Assembly: GCA_964572155.1 (NCBI GenBank) | Contig: CAZNDZ010000001.1 | Coordinates: forward strand, 1,274,786 to 1,338,785 | Direction: 5' to 3' | Source: an uncultured Planctomycetales bacterium | Lineage (GTDB): Bacteria > Omnitrophota > Gorgyraeia > Zapsychrales > Fredricksoniimonadaceae | Length of the DNA: 64,000 nt | Position numbers and translations under genes: made by a program | The notes under the pieces: model-generated | What the model was told of the DNA's origin: nothing | What the model saw: only the letters and a program-made list of their open reading frames with translations | Databases searched by the model: none | In this document: one piece after another, positions 48,693-58,475 of the stretch | Layout of the letters: each line of letters starts with the position of its first letter | Position numbering within the stretch: the first letter of the stretch is position 1

Positions 48693-49238
48693 TTATTTTA
48701 CGTAGGCTTTAAGAATCTTTTGTTCTGTAACAGGACGGTCACCTGCACCTGTCGTCGTATTCTCAATGGCTGCAACAGCTTCATAACCCTTAACCACACG
48801 ACCAAAAATCGTATGACGGTTATTTAACCAAGGTGTAGCTGCGGTTGTGATAAAGAATTGGCTGCCGTTGGTGCCTGGTCCTGCGTTAGCCATGGCTAAA
48901 ATACCTTTATCGCTGAACGTTAAATTTGGCGCAAATTCATCTTCAAATTTACCACCCCAAAGGCTTTCACCACCACGGCCTGTACCGGTTGGATCGCCAC
49001 CTTGGATCATGAAATTCTTAATGACGCGATGAAAAATCAATCCGTCGTAATAACCTTTTTTGATCAACCCAACAAAGTTTTCAACAGTTTTTGGAGCTTC
49101 CTTAGAATACAATTCAATCTCAACATCCCCTTGGCTGGTTTGTAATACGGCAATCGTAGGCATTTCATCTCCTTGTACATTAGTTAATACAGTAAATGGT
49201 AATAACATGATCGATAACGCTAAAAAAAGTTTACGCAT
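48693..49238 (-). CDS. ppiA: secreted cyclophilin-type peptidyl-prolyl cis-trans isomerase
   Basis: Signal peptide + cyclophilin motifs (…FHRVIKNFMIQGGDP…). Confidence 0.9.
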   Translation of the reverse strand: MRKLFLALSIMLLPFTVLTNVQGDEMPTIAVLQTSQGDVEIELYSKEAPKTVENFVGLIKKGYYDGLIFHRVIKNFMIQGGDPTGTGRGGESLWGGKFEDEFAPNLTFSDKGILAMANAGPGTNGSQFFITTAATPWLNNRHTIFGRVVKGYEAVAAIENTTTGAGDRPVTEQKILKAYVK

Positions 49239-49659
49239 CTGCCTTCTCCTTGTAATAGTTGCGGAATGCTCGTAATTGTTCCCGCAGGTGTTTTATTTCT
49301 TCATCCATAATGTTTTTAACGTTCTCAAACTCTTTGCGATGTGAGCGCTCATTATCTAATTGTGTTTGTAGACGGTCAATGGTTTTATTTTTTTCGAATA
49401 ATAATGCTTCTAATTTTTGGATTTTATCTGAACCTGCAAATGAAACAGGCTCATCGTGAATATAATCTCGCTGCGGCATTTCAACACGTGGTGCATCAAC
49501 AACTATTTGTTCATGCGTCACATCTTCACGCAAATGTGGTTTAGCCCAAGGAAAATTAAATTGCGGCTTGCCAACTTTGACATACATTTCTGGCCATAAT
49601 AATCGATAGGCGGTAAAAAGTCCTACGCAAACAATCAGGGAAAAAATTAAAAGGTACAT
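49231..49659 (-). CDS. membrane-anchored coiled-coil protein, hypothetical
   Basis: N-terminal TM helix, C-terminal heptad-rich region. Confidence 0.45.
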   Translation of the reverse strand: MYLLIFSLIVCVGLFTAYRLLWPEMYVKVGKPQFNFPWAKPHLREDVTHEQIVVDAPRVEMPQRDYIHDEPVSFAGSDKIQKLEALLFEKNKTIDRLQTQLDNERSHRKEFENVKNIMDEEIKHLREQLRAFRNYYKEKADA

Positions 49660-49685
49660 AGGATAAAATGTTATATAATTAAACA

Positions 49686-50264
49686 ATGATTACAGCAATT
49701 TTATTGAGTGCCGGCGAGAGCATTCGTTTTGGCTCCCCTAAAGCATTGGCACACTTAAACAATACAACAGCCATTGAACATATTCAACAAAAGCTTTTAA
49801 TTTCATGCGTGGATGAAATTGTTATTGTTTTAGGTGCGCATCAGCCTCGGATAACACCCTTTATATTAAATCATAAAAAGATTAAAGTTGTCTATAATAA
49901 TGATTATAAGCTTGGGCAAATTTCTTCGATTCAATGTGGATTAAAAGCATGTCTTAACAGCGACGCTGTTCTTATTTGGCCTGTGGACTGCCCGATGATC
50001 TTATCCTCAACCGTTGACCTAATTGCCGCAGCGTTCCAAGAATCACACACCCAAATCATTATCCCCACCCATCACGGCAAACGCGGTCATCCGCCGTTGT
50101 TGGCCAAATCTCTCTATCAAGATATTTTAACAATACCCACGACACAAGGATTAAACATCTTGTTTAAGAATCATTCGAATTTGTTAATAGAAATAGAAGA
50201 TCAGGGTATTGTAGAAAGCTTCAATACCCCAGAAGAATTACAGAATTTAAAGCGATTATTTTAG
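49686..50264 (+). CDS. MobA-like NTP transferase (molybdenum cofactor cytidylyltransferase MocA-like)
   Basis: AILLSAGESIRFG…K nucleotidyltransferase motif; adjacent to the Mo-hydroxylase cluster. Confidence 0.7.
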   Translation: MITAILLSAGESIRFGSPKALAHLNNTTAIEHIQQKLLISCVDEIVIVLGAHQPRITPFILNHKKIKVVYNNDYKLGQISSIQCGLKACLNSDAVLIWPVDCPMILSSTVDLIAAAFQESHTQIIIPTHHGKRGHPPLLAKSLYQDILTIPTTQGLNILFKNHSNLLIEIEDQGIVESFNTPEELQNLKRLF

Positions 50265-50636
50265 GACTAAAACTTTTGCAGAGTATTGGCAACGGATATA
50301 CGCATTACCTAAAAGTTTTTCTAATTTAGCACTTTTCCAAGCACCACCAGAGTTAACTTTTACGTCGGTAATGATATCCCCACCTAAGATGGCAGCTTCT
50401 TGTTTTAATTTAGGCAAGACATCTTCTAAGTTTTGGCGACGTTCGGTTGTGACCATGACTTCACCAATTTCAACAGAAGGTTGTTCGACTTTTTCTAAGT
50501 ACTGAACTTCATCAATGGATTTCTTTGGTGTATAGAAATCTTGGGTTGTGTCTTTAGAATCAATTTGGTAAACCGTGCAACCTGCAAAGGTGCCGGTTAA
50601 TAAAATTAGGGATAAGATGGCTTTAAGGTTTTTCAT
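50256..50636 (-). CDS. lipoprotein, BhsA/YdgH-like (DUF1471-like) tentative
   Basis: Lipobox LLTGTFAGC; C-terminal …VNSGG…A.A..Y-like segment. Confidence 0.45.
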   Translation of the reverse strand: MKNLKAILSLILLTGTFAGCTVYQIDSKDTTQDFYTPKKSIDEVQYLEKVEQPSVEIGEVMVTTERRQNLEDVLPKLKQEAAILGGDIITDVKVNSGGAWKSAKLEKLLGNAYIRCQYSAKVLVLK

Positions 50637-50678
50637 AGTCTTTAATTATATATTGAAATTACTTTCTGACAATAGAAA

Positions 50679-53009
50679 TTATTTCATTTCTTTATTTTTT
50701 AGTGCCTTGATAATTTTTTCAGGTGTGATGGGTAAGTCCCAAATGCGCACACCAATGGCATCTTCGACCGCATTGGCTATGGCTGCTGAGGTTGGTAATA
50801 ACGATGCCTCACCCATCCCCTTTGCCCCAAATGGTCCTTCCGGATCATTGGTTTCAATTAAAATGGAATTCATTTTTGGAATACCAATCGAACGCGGCAC
50901 ACGGTAACCTGCAAAATTAGGATTAAGGACGCGCCCATTTTTAAATCTTAAATCTTCGTAGAAAGTATAGCCGATGCCCATGGCTAAGGAACCTTCGATT
51001 TGCGCTTCAACCGATTGTGGGTTGATGGCTTTGCCAATATCATGCGCATCCCATAATTCTAAAAGCTTTACTTCACCGGTGTCTGTATCAACTTCGACTT
51101 CCGCAATCTGTGCTTCAAAACCATAACTCCCTGATACGTTGCCTTCACCGGTTCGAAAATCAATCGGGGTTGTCTTTGGATTATAACTGCCACGGCCAAT
51201 GATTTGTTTGCCATAGTTAAAGGAATAGCAAAGTTCAAGGGCTTTATCAAAGGTCATTAATTTCTTACCATCTTTTTTAAAGATGACTTGTTCAGCTTTG
51301 ATGTCTAAATCGTCGATTGAAATTTTATGTTCTTTGGCAACAATTTCTAAGATTTGTAATTTGGCATCACGACCACCTAAGAAGGCGGCATTTCCAGAAA
51401 TAAAGGTCACACGGCTGGCAAATGATCCTGTATCAAACGGTGTGATTTCTGTGTCCCCTGCCTTACATTTGATGCGGCTAAAACTAACACCTAAGGCATG
51501 CGCTGCAATTTGGGATAAAGCAGTGTTTGATCCTTGCCCTGTATCCGCAGCTCCGGTAAATAGGTAAACAGATCCATCTTCTTCCACTTTAACGATAGCG
51601 CCGGCACTTTCATGCGACTTATACATTTTTGAGCCCATGACATCCGCGGCAATGCCAATGCCAAGCCCACGTTTTAAATGTTTTTGTTTGCCATGCTTCT
51701 CTGACCATTTAGCGGCAGCACACGCTTGTTCAATGCAATCTTTTAGACCATTGGTGGTCAAATGCATTTTATTGATCGTGGTCATATTGGCATGAGTAAT
51801 ATTTTTCAGACGAAATTCAACAGGGTCCATGCCAATGGCATTGGCTATTAAATCCATGTGGGATTCAATGGCAAAACCACTTTGAACTCCGCCAAAACCA
51901 CGCATCGCACCACTGATGGGATTATTGGTATAGACGCGATACCCTGTCATGCGAAAATGTTGTAATTTATAAACCATGAAAATGCGCATCATGGCCGCGG
52001 CCAAAACGGTTGGGCCATAGCTACAATACGCACCACCATCTGCTAAGACTTCACCCGTCATGGCCAAAATGGTGCCATCTTTTTTAACACCGGTTTTGAC
52101 ACGATAAATCATGCCATGTTTACGACGGGTTGTAGAAAATTCTTCTTCGCGGGTTAAAACAATTTTAACAGGTAGTCCGCCTGCTTTTTTAGATAACATG
52201 CATGCAGCAAAATCCATGGGCAACATCTCAAGCTTGCCACCAAAACCACCACCCGTCGGCATTTTAATGACGCGGATATCATTTAAATCCATCTTTAAGG
52301 TCTTTGCCAATGCTTCACGGCATTTAAAAGGTGCTTGGGACGATGACCACAAGGTGATTTTATTGGTGAATGTTTCCCATTGCCCGATACAAACATGCGG
52401 CTCCATGGGTGATGGGTGTGCAACTGGGCACCAGAATTTATCTTCGCGCACATAGTCGGCTTCTTTCATGACGCGCTCAGGATTACCGAAATTAACCGGT
52501 AAAATGACGGCAATATTATTTAAGGATTCATGAATTTGGGGAGCACCTGGTTTAATCGCTTCTTCGATTTCAAAGACCCCTGGTAAAACTTCATATTTTA
52601 CGTCGATTAATTTTAAGGCCGCATCTGCTGTTTCTTCGTCAATGGCTGCAACACCTGCCACTTCATCTCCGATATAACGCACCTTTTCACTCTCAAGCGC
52701 CATTTGATCTACGGTGTGTGGAAAGAAATATTCATTAGAACCGAATTTAATTTTATAAGTGTCTTTATGGGTAACAATTGCCTTGACCCCTGGCAAACTT
52801 TCAGCTTTTGTTGTATCAATGCTGATGATTTTGGCATGCGGATGTGGTGAGCGCAGCATTTTACCAATCAACATCCCTGGGAAGCTTAAATCAAAGGCAT
52901 ACTTTAATTGACCTGTCACAACCCCGCGTCCTTCTAAGCGAGGCACGCTTTTTCCAACGGGATCCACGTATGCATCTGAAAATTTGGATTTAGCTGCTGT
53001 TAAAGCCAT
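50679..53009 (-). CDS. molybdopterin-binding large subunit of a xanthine-dehydrogenase/CO-dehydrogenase-family hydroxylase
   Basis: Ald_Xan_dh_C and MoCoBD domains; probable start MALTAAK at 53009 (track ORF begins 53108). Confidence 0.85.
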   Translation of the reverse strand: MALTAAKSKFSDAYVDPVGKSVPRLEGRGVVTGQLKYAFDLSFPGMLIGKMLRSPHPHAKIISIDTTKAESLPGVKAIVTHKDTYKIKFGSNEYFFPHTVDQMALESEKVRYIGDEVAGVAAIDEETADAALKLIDVKYEVLPGVFEIEEAIKPGAPQIHESLNNIAVILPVNFGNPERVMKEADYVREDKFWCPVAHPSPMEPHVCIGQWETFTNKITLWSSSQAPFKCREALAKTLKMDLNDIRVIKMPTGGGFGGKLEMLPMDFAACMLSKKAGGLPVKIVLTREEEFSTTRRKHGMIYRVKTGVKKDGTILAMTGEVLADGGAYCSYGPTVLAAAMMRIFMVYKLQHFRMTGYRVYTNNPISGAMRGFGGVQSGFAIESHMDLIANAIGMDPVEFRLKNITHANMTTINKMHLTTNGLKDCIEQACAAAKWSEKHGKQKHLKRGLGIGIAADVMGSKMYKSHESAGAIVKVEEDGSVYLFTGAADTGQGSNTALSQIAAHALGVSFSRIKCKAGDTEITPFDTGSFASRVTFISGNAAFLGGRDAKLQILEIVAKEHKISIDDLDIKAEQVIFKKDGKKLMTFDKALELCYSFNYGKQIIGRGSYNPKTTPIDFRTGEGNVSGSYGFEAQIAEVEVDTDTGEVKLLELWDAHDIGKAINPQSVEAQIEGSLAMGIGYTFYEDLRFKNGRVLNPNFAGYRVPRSIGIPKMNSILIETNDPEGPFGAKGMGEASLLPTSAAIANAVEDAIGVRIWDLPITPEKIIKALKNKEMK

Positions 53010-53010
53010 G

Positions 53011-53478
53011 TTATTTCCCCGCCATGATTTTGCCTGCGTGTTTGACAGCTTCAAAAATCTTTGGATACCCTGCGCAACGGCAAATATTGCCATCAAGCGC
53101 GTATTCAATTTCTTCTTGGGTCGGATTAGGATTTTTATTAAGCAAAGCTTGTGATGACATGATCATACCTGGGATGCAAAAACCACATTGGGATGAACCA
53201 TGCTCGATGAACGCTTGTTGAATTGGTGCTAAAGTATCCCCATCTGCCAAACCTTCGATCGTCGTAATGCTTTTACCTTCTAAATTTGACGCTAAGGTAA
53301 TACAGGATAAAACTGCTTTACCGTCGATGATGCAAGTGCATGTGCCACATTCGCTTTCTTGGCAGGCGGTTTTTGTTCCAGTTAAAGTGAGCTTGTCACG
53401 TAATACTTCTAATAAGGTCTCATTCCCTTTTAATTCTAGGGTGTGCGATTTCTTATTGATATTTAGAGTTATATTCAT
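53011..53478 (-). CDS. [2Fe-2S]-binding small subunit of the molybdenum hydroxylase
   Basis: Two [2Fe-2S] cysteine clusters (CQESECGTCTC … CGFCIPG). Confidence 0.9.
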   Translation of the reverse strand: MNITLNINKKSHTLELKGNETLLEVLRDKLTLTGTKTACQESECGTCTCIIDGKAVLSCITLASNLEGKSITTIEGLADGDTLAPIQQAFIEHGSSQCGFCIPGMIMSSQALLNKNPNPTQEEIEYALDGNICRCAGYPKIFEAVKHAGKIMAGK

Positions 53479-54323
53479 GCGGCTCCTTGAAGTTCAACAA
53501 TGGCTTGTTTTAAACTGACACGAAACATATGTTGTTTATATTCAGAGCTACGAACGTCATAAATATCTTTTGTGAGATGATCCATGGCCAATGTTGCTAA
53601 ATCTTCGCTTGGTTTAGCATTATTTAAAAAGTTTTCAAGCGCGGTGTCCCGTTGAGCAAAAGCAGTTCCATTATTTACACCAACGCGTGTATTCGACCAC
53701 TGTTTATTATTCAATTCTGTTGAAACGCATATGGCTAATAGGGGCACATCCACGTGTAATGTTTTCTTAACCCGTCGATACGTTGTTTTAGCTGACGGAT
53801 TATGTGGGATGGTCACGTGTGAAAATAAAGCCTCACACCTTGCGGCATTCTTAAAGAAATCTTCGCAAGAAACAGAACTTTCAACGCCATCAGCTGATAA
53901 GAAATGCATGGTGGCATTCAATGCAATCATGGTAGCACCCATCTCTGTCCACGTATAACGACATGTTAAATTACCGCCAATGGTTGCCATGTTGCGAATG
54001 GGGTTTGTTGAAATATTACGGCAAACCTGATGTAGCACTTTTAAATTATCTTTTAATAAAGAGCTCTCTAATAGATCGTTTACCGTGGTCATGGCTTTGA
54101 TGGTAAGCATCCCATCTTTAAGAGCCACACCTTTTAACTCATCAATCTTGGCCAAAGATAAAACGTTCTTTGCTGTCTTAGTACCCTTGGTTTTAAGTAG
54201 CTTTAAACTATTTAAAATAAAGGTCCCTCCAGCTAAAACCTTAACGTCCTCGAGTTCCTTATAGAGTCGTGCGGCTTCTTTTGTGCTGGTCGGTAAATGT
54301 AATTGAAATTGGTTAAGCAACAT
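53475..54323 (-). CDS. FAD-binding medium subunit of the molybdenum hydroxylase
   Basis: FAD_binding_5 / CO_deh_flav_C pattern. Confidence 0.85.
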   Translation of the reverse strand: MLLNQFQLHLPTSTKEAARLYKELEDVKVLAGGTFILNSLKLLKTKGTKTAKNVLSLAKIDELKGVALKDGMLTIKAMTTVNDLLESSLLKDNLKVLHQVCRNISTNPIRNMATIGGNLTCRYTWTEMGATMIALNATMHFLSADGVESSVSCEDFFKNAARCEALFSHVTIPHNPSAKTTYRRVKKTLHVDVPLLAICVSTELNNKQWSNTRVGVNNGTAFAQRDTALENFLNNAKPSEDLATLAMDHLTKDIYDVRSSEYKQHMFRVSLKQAIVELQGAA

Positions 54324-54331
54324 GGGCGTTA

Positions 54332-55012
54332 TTATAACAAATTAATGACTTCCGGCGGTAGACTTTTTAATACTTGGGTTCCCAAAACCTTAATGGACCA
54401 ACGCAATACCATGAGCTTCCGTTTAAGCCTAGCATCAGGCGTTGAAACATCTGCTAAACGGCGCTTTGATAAGAAGAAAAGCTTTCGTAAGGTATTAAAT
54501 ACCACACGCGCTTCACGTGGACGAACACTGGTTTTGGTTATTTCAGAAATATTATCATAGGCCAAAGCACTAACCACGCGGTTATAGTGATCAAGCTTTT
54601 GAATCAACGCAGGAACCATGGTTTCAAAGTATTGATACCGGTCGAGAACAATTAAGGTGTGCATGATTTCAACTTGAATAAACGGTGAATCCGCACGGTT
54701 CATGCGACGGATTAAATTCTTGATGATGGTTGGTTTCTCATCCTTGAAGATCTCTGAGCCATATTTTTGTTTAAAAACACGGATAGCCGCGGTGCACTTA
54801 TAGGCACCCAATGAATCATCCGCGATCATGGCTAACAATGTTTCTTTTGATTCAGTGGCGTATTTATCTGTATAACCATTGATCAAAGCTAAATCATCAA
54901 AGATGGCGTCGCGGCCTAATTCCACCCCTTCAACAGGCGAACTTTGAGCTTTCACTGCGTGTGGAAGCAAGCTAAGACATAGGATGATGGCTATGATACA
55001 AGCTTTTATCAT
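54332..55012 (-). CDS. secreted hypothetical protein
   Basis: Signal peptide; no recognisable family. Confidence 0.5.
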   Translation of the reverse strand: MIKACIIAIILCLSLLPHAVKAQSSPVEGVELGRDAIFDDLALINGYTDKYATESKETLLAMIADDSLGAYKCTAAIRVFKQKYGSEIFKDEKPTIIKNLIRRMNRADSPFIQVEIMHTLIVLDRYQYFETMVPALIQKLDHYNRVVSALAYDNISEITKTSVRPREARVVFNTLRKLFFLSKRRLADVSTPDARLKRKLMVLRWSIKVLGTQVLKSLPPEVINLL

Positions 55013-55845
55013 AATGAAAAATCCAATGAAATATCAATCGCCAAACGTTGTTGGGTTAAACTGCCAACTGAAATGCGTTCAACACCACATGCTGCATATT
55101 TTTTTACCGTCAATAAATTAATACCACCCGATGATTCCAATAAAATTTTAGGATTGGTGGCATTGCGCATTTTAACGGCTGCTGTTGTTTGTTCTGGCGT
55201 CATATTGTCTAACAAAATGATATCAGCTTTAGAGGTTAATGCTAACCGTAATTGATCTAATGTATCAACTTCTAAAACAATTTTTTTAGTTGTTCGCTTT
55301 CGTACAAGATCAACCAACGTTATTGGGTTTTTATCAAGCACATAGTGATTGTCTTTGATCATCACCATGGAAGATAAATCAAAGCGATGGTTTACGCCAC
55401 CGCCAACACGTACAGCATATCGGTCAAGTACGCGCAACATGGGGGTTGTCTTACGGGTGTCCATGATCGCCACACGATGCGGTAAAATGGCTTTCACATA
55501 ATGATTGGTGTTGGTGGCAATGCTACTTAAATAGGTTAAGAAATTAATGGCCACACGCTCTGCTGTTAATAAAGCACGGGTGCGCCCTTTAATGGTTGCA
55601 ATCACTGTTTTAGGTTTTAGTCGGTCCCCGTCATTGTAAAAGGCTTTGAATTGTATGGATGGATCAAGCTTTTTAAAAGCAGCTTTGGCAAAATTTAAAC
55701 CACATAAAATGCCGTCTGATTTGAAAATGAGTGATGCACTTGAGACATGGTCTTTGGGGATTAAGGTGTTGGTCGACACATCCCCTGCTCCGATGTCTTC
55801 TTTAAGGCTTAAGGCAACGATTTCATTTAATGTTGATGTTTTCAT
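55009..55845 (-). CDS. nadC: nicotinate-nucleotide pyrophosphorylase [carboxylating]
   Basis: Full-length QPRTase signature. Confidence 0.9.
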   Translation of the reverse strand: MKTSTLNEIVALSLKEDIGAGDVSTNTLIPKDHVSSASLIFKSDGILCGLNFAKAAFKKLDPSIQFKAFYNDGDRLKPKTVIATIKGRTRALLTAERVAINFLTYLSSIATNTNHYVKAILPHRVAIMDTRKTTPMLRVLDRYAVRVGGGVNHRFDLSSMVMIKDNHYVLDKNPITLVDLVRKRTTKKIVLEVDTLDQLRLALTSKADIILLDNMTPEQTTAAVKMRNATNPKILLESSGGINLLTVKKYAACGVERISVGSLTQQRLAIDISLDFSL

Positions 55846-58475
55846 TATGAAATATTTTTTAAAACAAGCCTTAATTCGTCAGCTTCTTTGGAAAGCGTTG
55901 CTAAACGTTCTTTTTCTTTTTCAATAACGTCGACAGGTGCTTTTGATACAAATGCTTCATTGCTTAAACGTCCTGACAATGATGTAATGGCTTTCACTTT
56001 ACTATCCAAATCCGCCTGCAATTTTTTCTTTTCAGCATCTAGATCAACAATACCTTTTAAAGGAATATAAATCTTGGATGTCCCAACTAAAGCTAACGCC
56101 GCATCTTTGATCGACAGAGCATTTTTATCAATCCGCAAATCATTGATCTTAGCCAAACGTTTAATATCGTCGGCATTTTGCTTTAAAATCTGTTCGTCAT
56201 CAGCAATGATCAATACATCCACATCTTGCCCTTGTTTGATATTCCACTGCATGCGCACACCACGGATCGCGCGGATGATATCAATCACACTTTGCATTTG
56301 ATCAAAAGCTTGTTGATCGATAAGTTTGACAGGAACAGTCGGCCAAGAGGCAACAGATAGACATGCGTCAGATGTTTTAAAATGACTATAGAGTTCTTCA
56401 GTCACAAACGGGATAAACGGGTGCAATAACTTTAGGGATTCTTTTAAGACATATAATGCTGTTGCAGCAATCGCCGGTTGATCAAATTTGGACTTGATGA
56501 GTTCCAAATACCAGTCACAATAATCCCCCCAGAAAAAGTCCTGAGCGGCCACTTCAGCGTCAGAGTAACGGAATGTTTCAATGCAGTCCGCAACTTTCTT
56601 AATGGTTAAATCCATCCGCCCGATAATCCAACGTGAAGGCAAATCTAATTGAGCAACGTCAATATGTTCATAGGCTTTTGCATTAAGAGCGCTTTGAGTA
56701 TTGGTAAATACCAAGCGTGACGCATTCCAGATTTTGTTAGCGAAATTACGACCAATTTCGAATTTTTCTTTTGAAATGTAAATATCTTGGCCAGAATTAA
56801 TGATCAAACTAAAACGCAAGGCATCCGCGCCGTATTCAGCGATGATTTCAAGAGGGTCTAAGGCATTGCCAAGTGACTTTGACATCTTGCGGCCTTTGGC
56901 ATCACGCACGGTGCCGTGGATATAAACCTCTGTAAATGGGGCTTTGCCCATAAATTCATACCCTGCCATGATCATGCGCGCAACCCAAAAGAAAATGATT
57001 TCCGACGCGGTAAACAAGGTGTTGGTTGGATAAAAATATTCCAAGTCCTGATTCTTTTGTGGCCAGCCCAGTGTCGCAAAAGGCCATAACCATGACGAGA
57101 ACCATGTGTCGAGAACATCTTCATCTTGACGCAACGGCACATCTTTGCCATGTTTCACAAAAGCTAGTTTTTTAGCTTCCGCCTCACTGCGTGCAACAAA
57201 AACATTATCATCCGCGTCATACCAAACAGGGATGCGATGCCCCCACCAGATCTGACGCGAAATACACCAATCACGAATACCATCCATCCAATTGAGATAA
57301 AACTTTTCAAAACGGGCTGGACGAATGACGATTGAACTATCGCGCACTGCATCGGTTGCAGGTTTCGCCAATGGCGCCATTTTAACGAACCATTGTTTAG
57401 ATAAATATGGCTCAACAACGGTGTCACATCGATAGCAATGCCCAACACTTAATTTATGGTCTTCAATCTTAACCATAAATCCTTCTGCTTCTAATTGAGC
57501 AATCAATTTCTTACGGGCTTCAAAACGATCTAAATTATTATATGTGGTCCCTGCTTTTTCATTGAGACGGCCGTCGGGATGCATGATATTGATAAATTCT
57601 AAGTTATGACGCTGACCCATGGCAAAGTCATTGGGATCATGAGCCGGCGTTACCTTAACAGCCCCGCTACCAAACTCGGATGTGACATAATCATCCGCAA
57701 TGATTTTGATTTCACGGTTGATAATAGGCACAATCAAGGTCTTTCCCACAAAAGCTTTATAACGTTCATCGGATGGATTCACCGCAACAGCTGTATCGCC
57801 CAACATAGTTTCTGGACGTGTGGTTGCTACAATAATCTCTTGTGAAGGATCATTCTTAAAGGCATAGCGAATATGGTACAACTTGCCATTTTTTTCTTGA
57901 TGCTCAGCTTCTTCGTCGGACAATGCCGTTTGGCAACGCGGGCACCAATTGATGATGTATTTGCCTTGATAGATTAAGCCCTTGTCGTATAGGCGAATAA
58001 ATGCTTCTTTAACAGCATCGCTATAAGCATCATCCATGGTAAAACGGGTGCGTGGCCAGTCGCAAGATGAACCTAGCTTTTCTAATTGATGGATGATGGT
58101 GCCGCCGTATTCTTGCTTCCACGCCCATAATCGCTTGATAAATTCTTCACGGCCTAAATCATCACGGCGCTTACCCTCTTTGGCTAATTGTTTTTCAACA
58201 ACATTTTGAGTGGCAATCCCCGCATGATCTGTACCTGCCATCCATAACGCTTCGTACCCATTCATACGTTTGTAACGAATTAAGATATCTTGCAATGTAT
58301 TATTGAGCGCATGACCCATGTGCAAGATGCCTGTCACATTGGGCGGCGGTATCATCACAGTAAATGATTTTCTAGATGGGTTGGCCACAGCATGAAAGGT
58401 GTTATTATCCTTCCATACTTTAAGCCACTTTGCCTCGTTTTCTGCAAAGTTATAACGGGGATCTAAGCCTGACAT
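55845..58475 (-). CDS. valS: valine--tRNA ligase
   Basis: Class I aaRS HIGH (HMGH) and KMSKS motifs, ValRS anticodon-binding and coiled-coil C-terminus. Confidence 0.95.
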   Translation of the reverse strand: MSGLDPRYNFAENEAKWLKVWKDNNTFHAVANPSRKSFTVMIPPPNVTGILHMGHALNNTLQDILIRYKRMNGYEALWMAGTDHAGIATQNVVEKQLAKEGKRRDDLGREEFIKRLWAWKQEYGGTIIHQLEKLGSSCDWPRTRFTMDDAYSDAVKEAFIRLYDKGLIYQGKYIINWCPRCQTALSDEEAEHQEKNGKLYHIRYAFKNDPSQEIIVATTRPETMLGDTAVAVNPSDERYKAFVGKTLIVPIINREIKIIADDYVTSEFGSGAVKVTPAHDPNDFAMGQRHNLEFINIMHPDGRLNEKAGTTYNNLDRFEARKKLIAQLEAEGFMVKIEDHKLSVGHCYRCDTVVEPYLSKQWFVKMAPLAKPATDAVRDSSIVIRPARFEKFYLNWMDGIRDWCISRQIWWGHRIPVWYDADDNVFVARSEAEAKKLAFVKHGKDVPLRQDEDVLDTWFSSWLWPFATLGWPQKNQDLEYFYPTNTLFTASEIIFFWVARMIMAGYEFMGKAPFTEVYIHGTVRDAKGRKMSKSLGNALDPLEIIAEYGADALRFSLIINSGQDIYISKEKFEIGRNFANKIWNASRLVFTNTQSALNAKAYEHIDVAQLDLPSRWIIGRMDLTIKKVADCIETFRYSDAEVAAQDFFWGDYCDWYLELIKSKFDQPAIAATALYVLKESLKLLHPFIPFVTEELYSHFKTSDACLSVASWPTVPVKLIDQQAFDQMQSVIDIIRAIRGVRMQWNIKQGQDVDVLIIADDEQILKQNADDIKRLAKINDLRIDKNALSIKDAALALVGTSKIYIPLKGIVDLDAEKKKLQADLDSKVKAITSLSGRLSNEAFVSKAPVDVIEKEKERLATLSKEADELRLVLKNIS

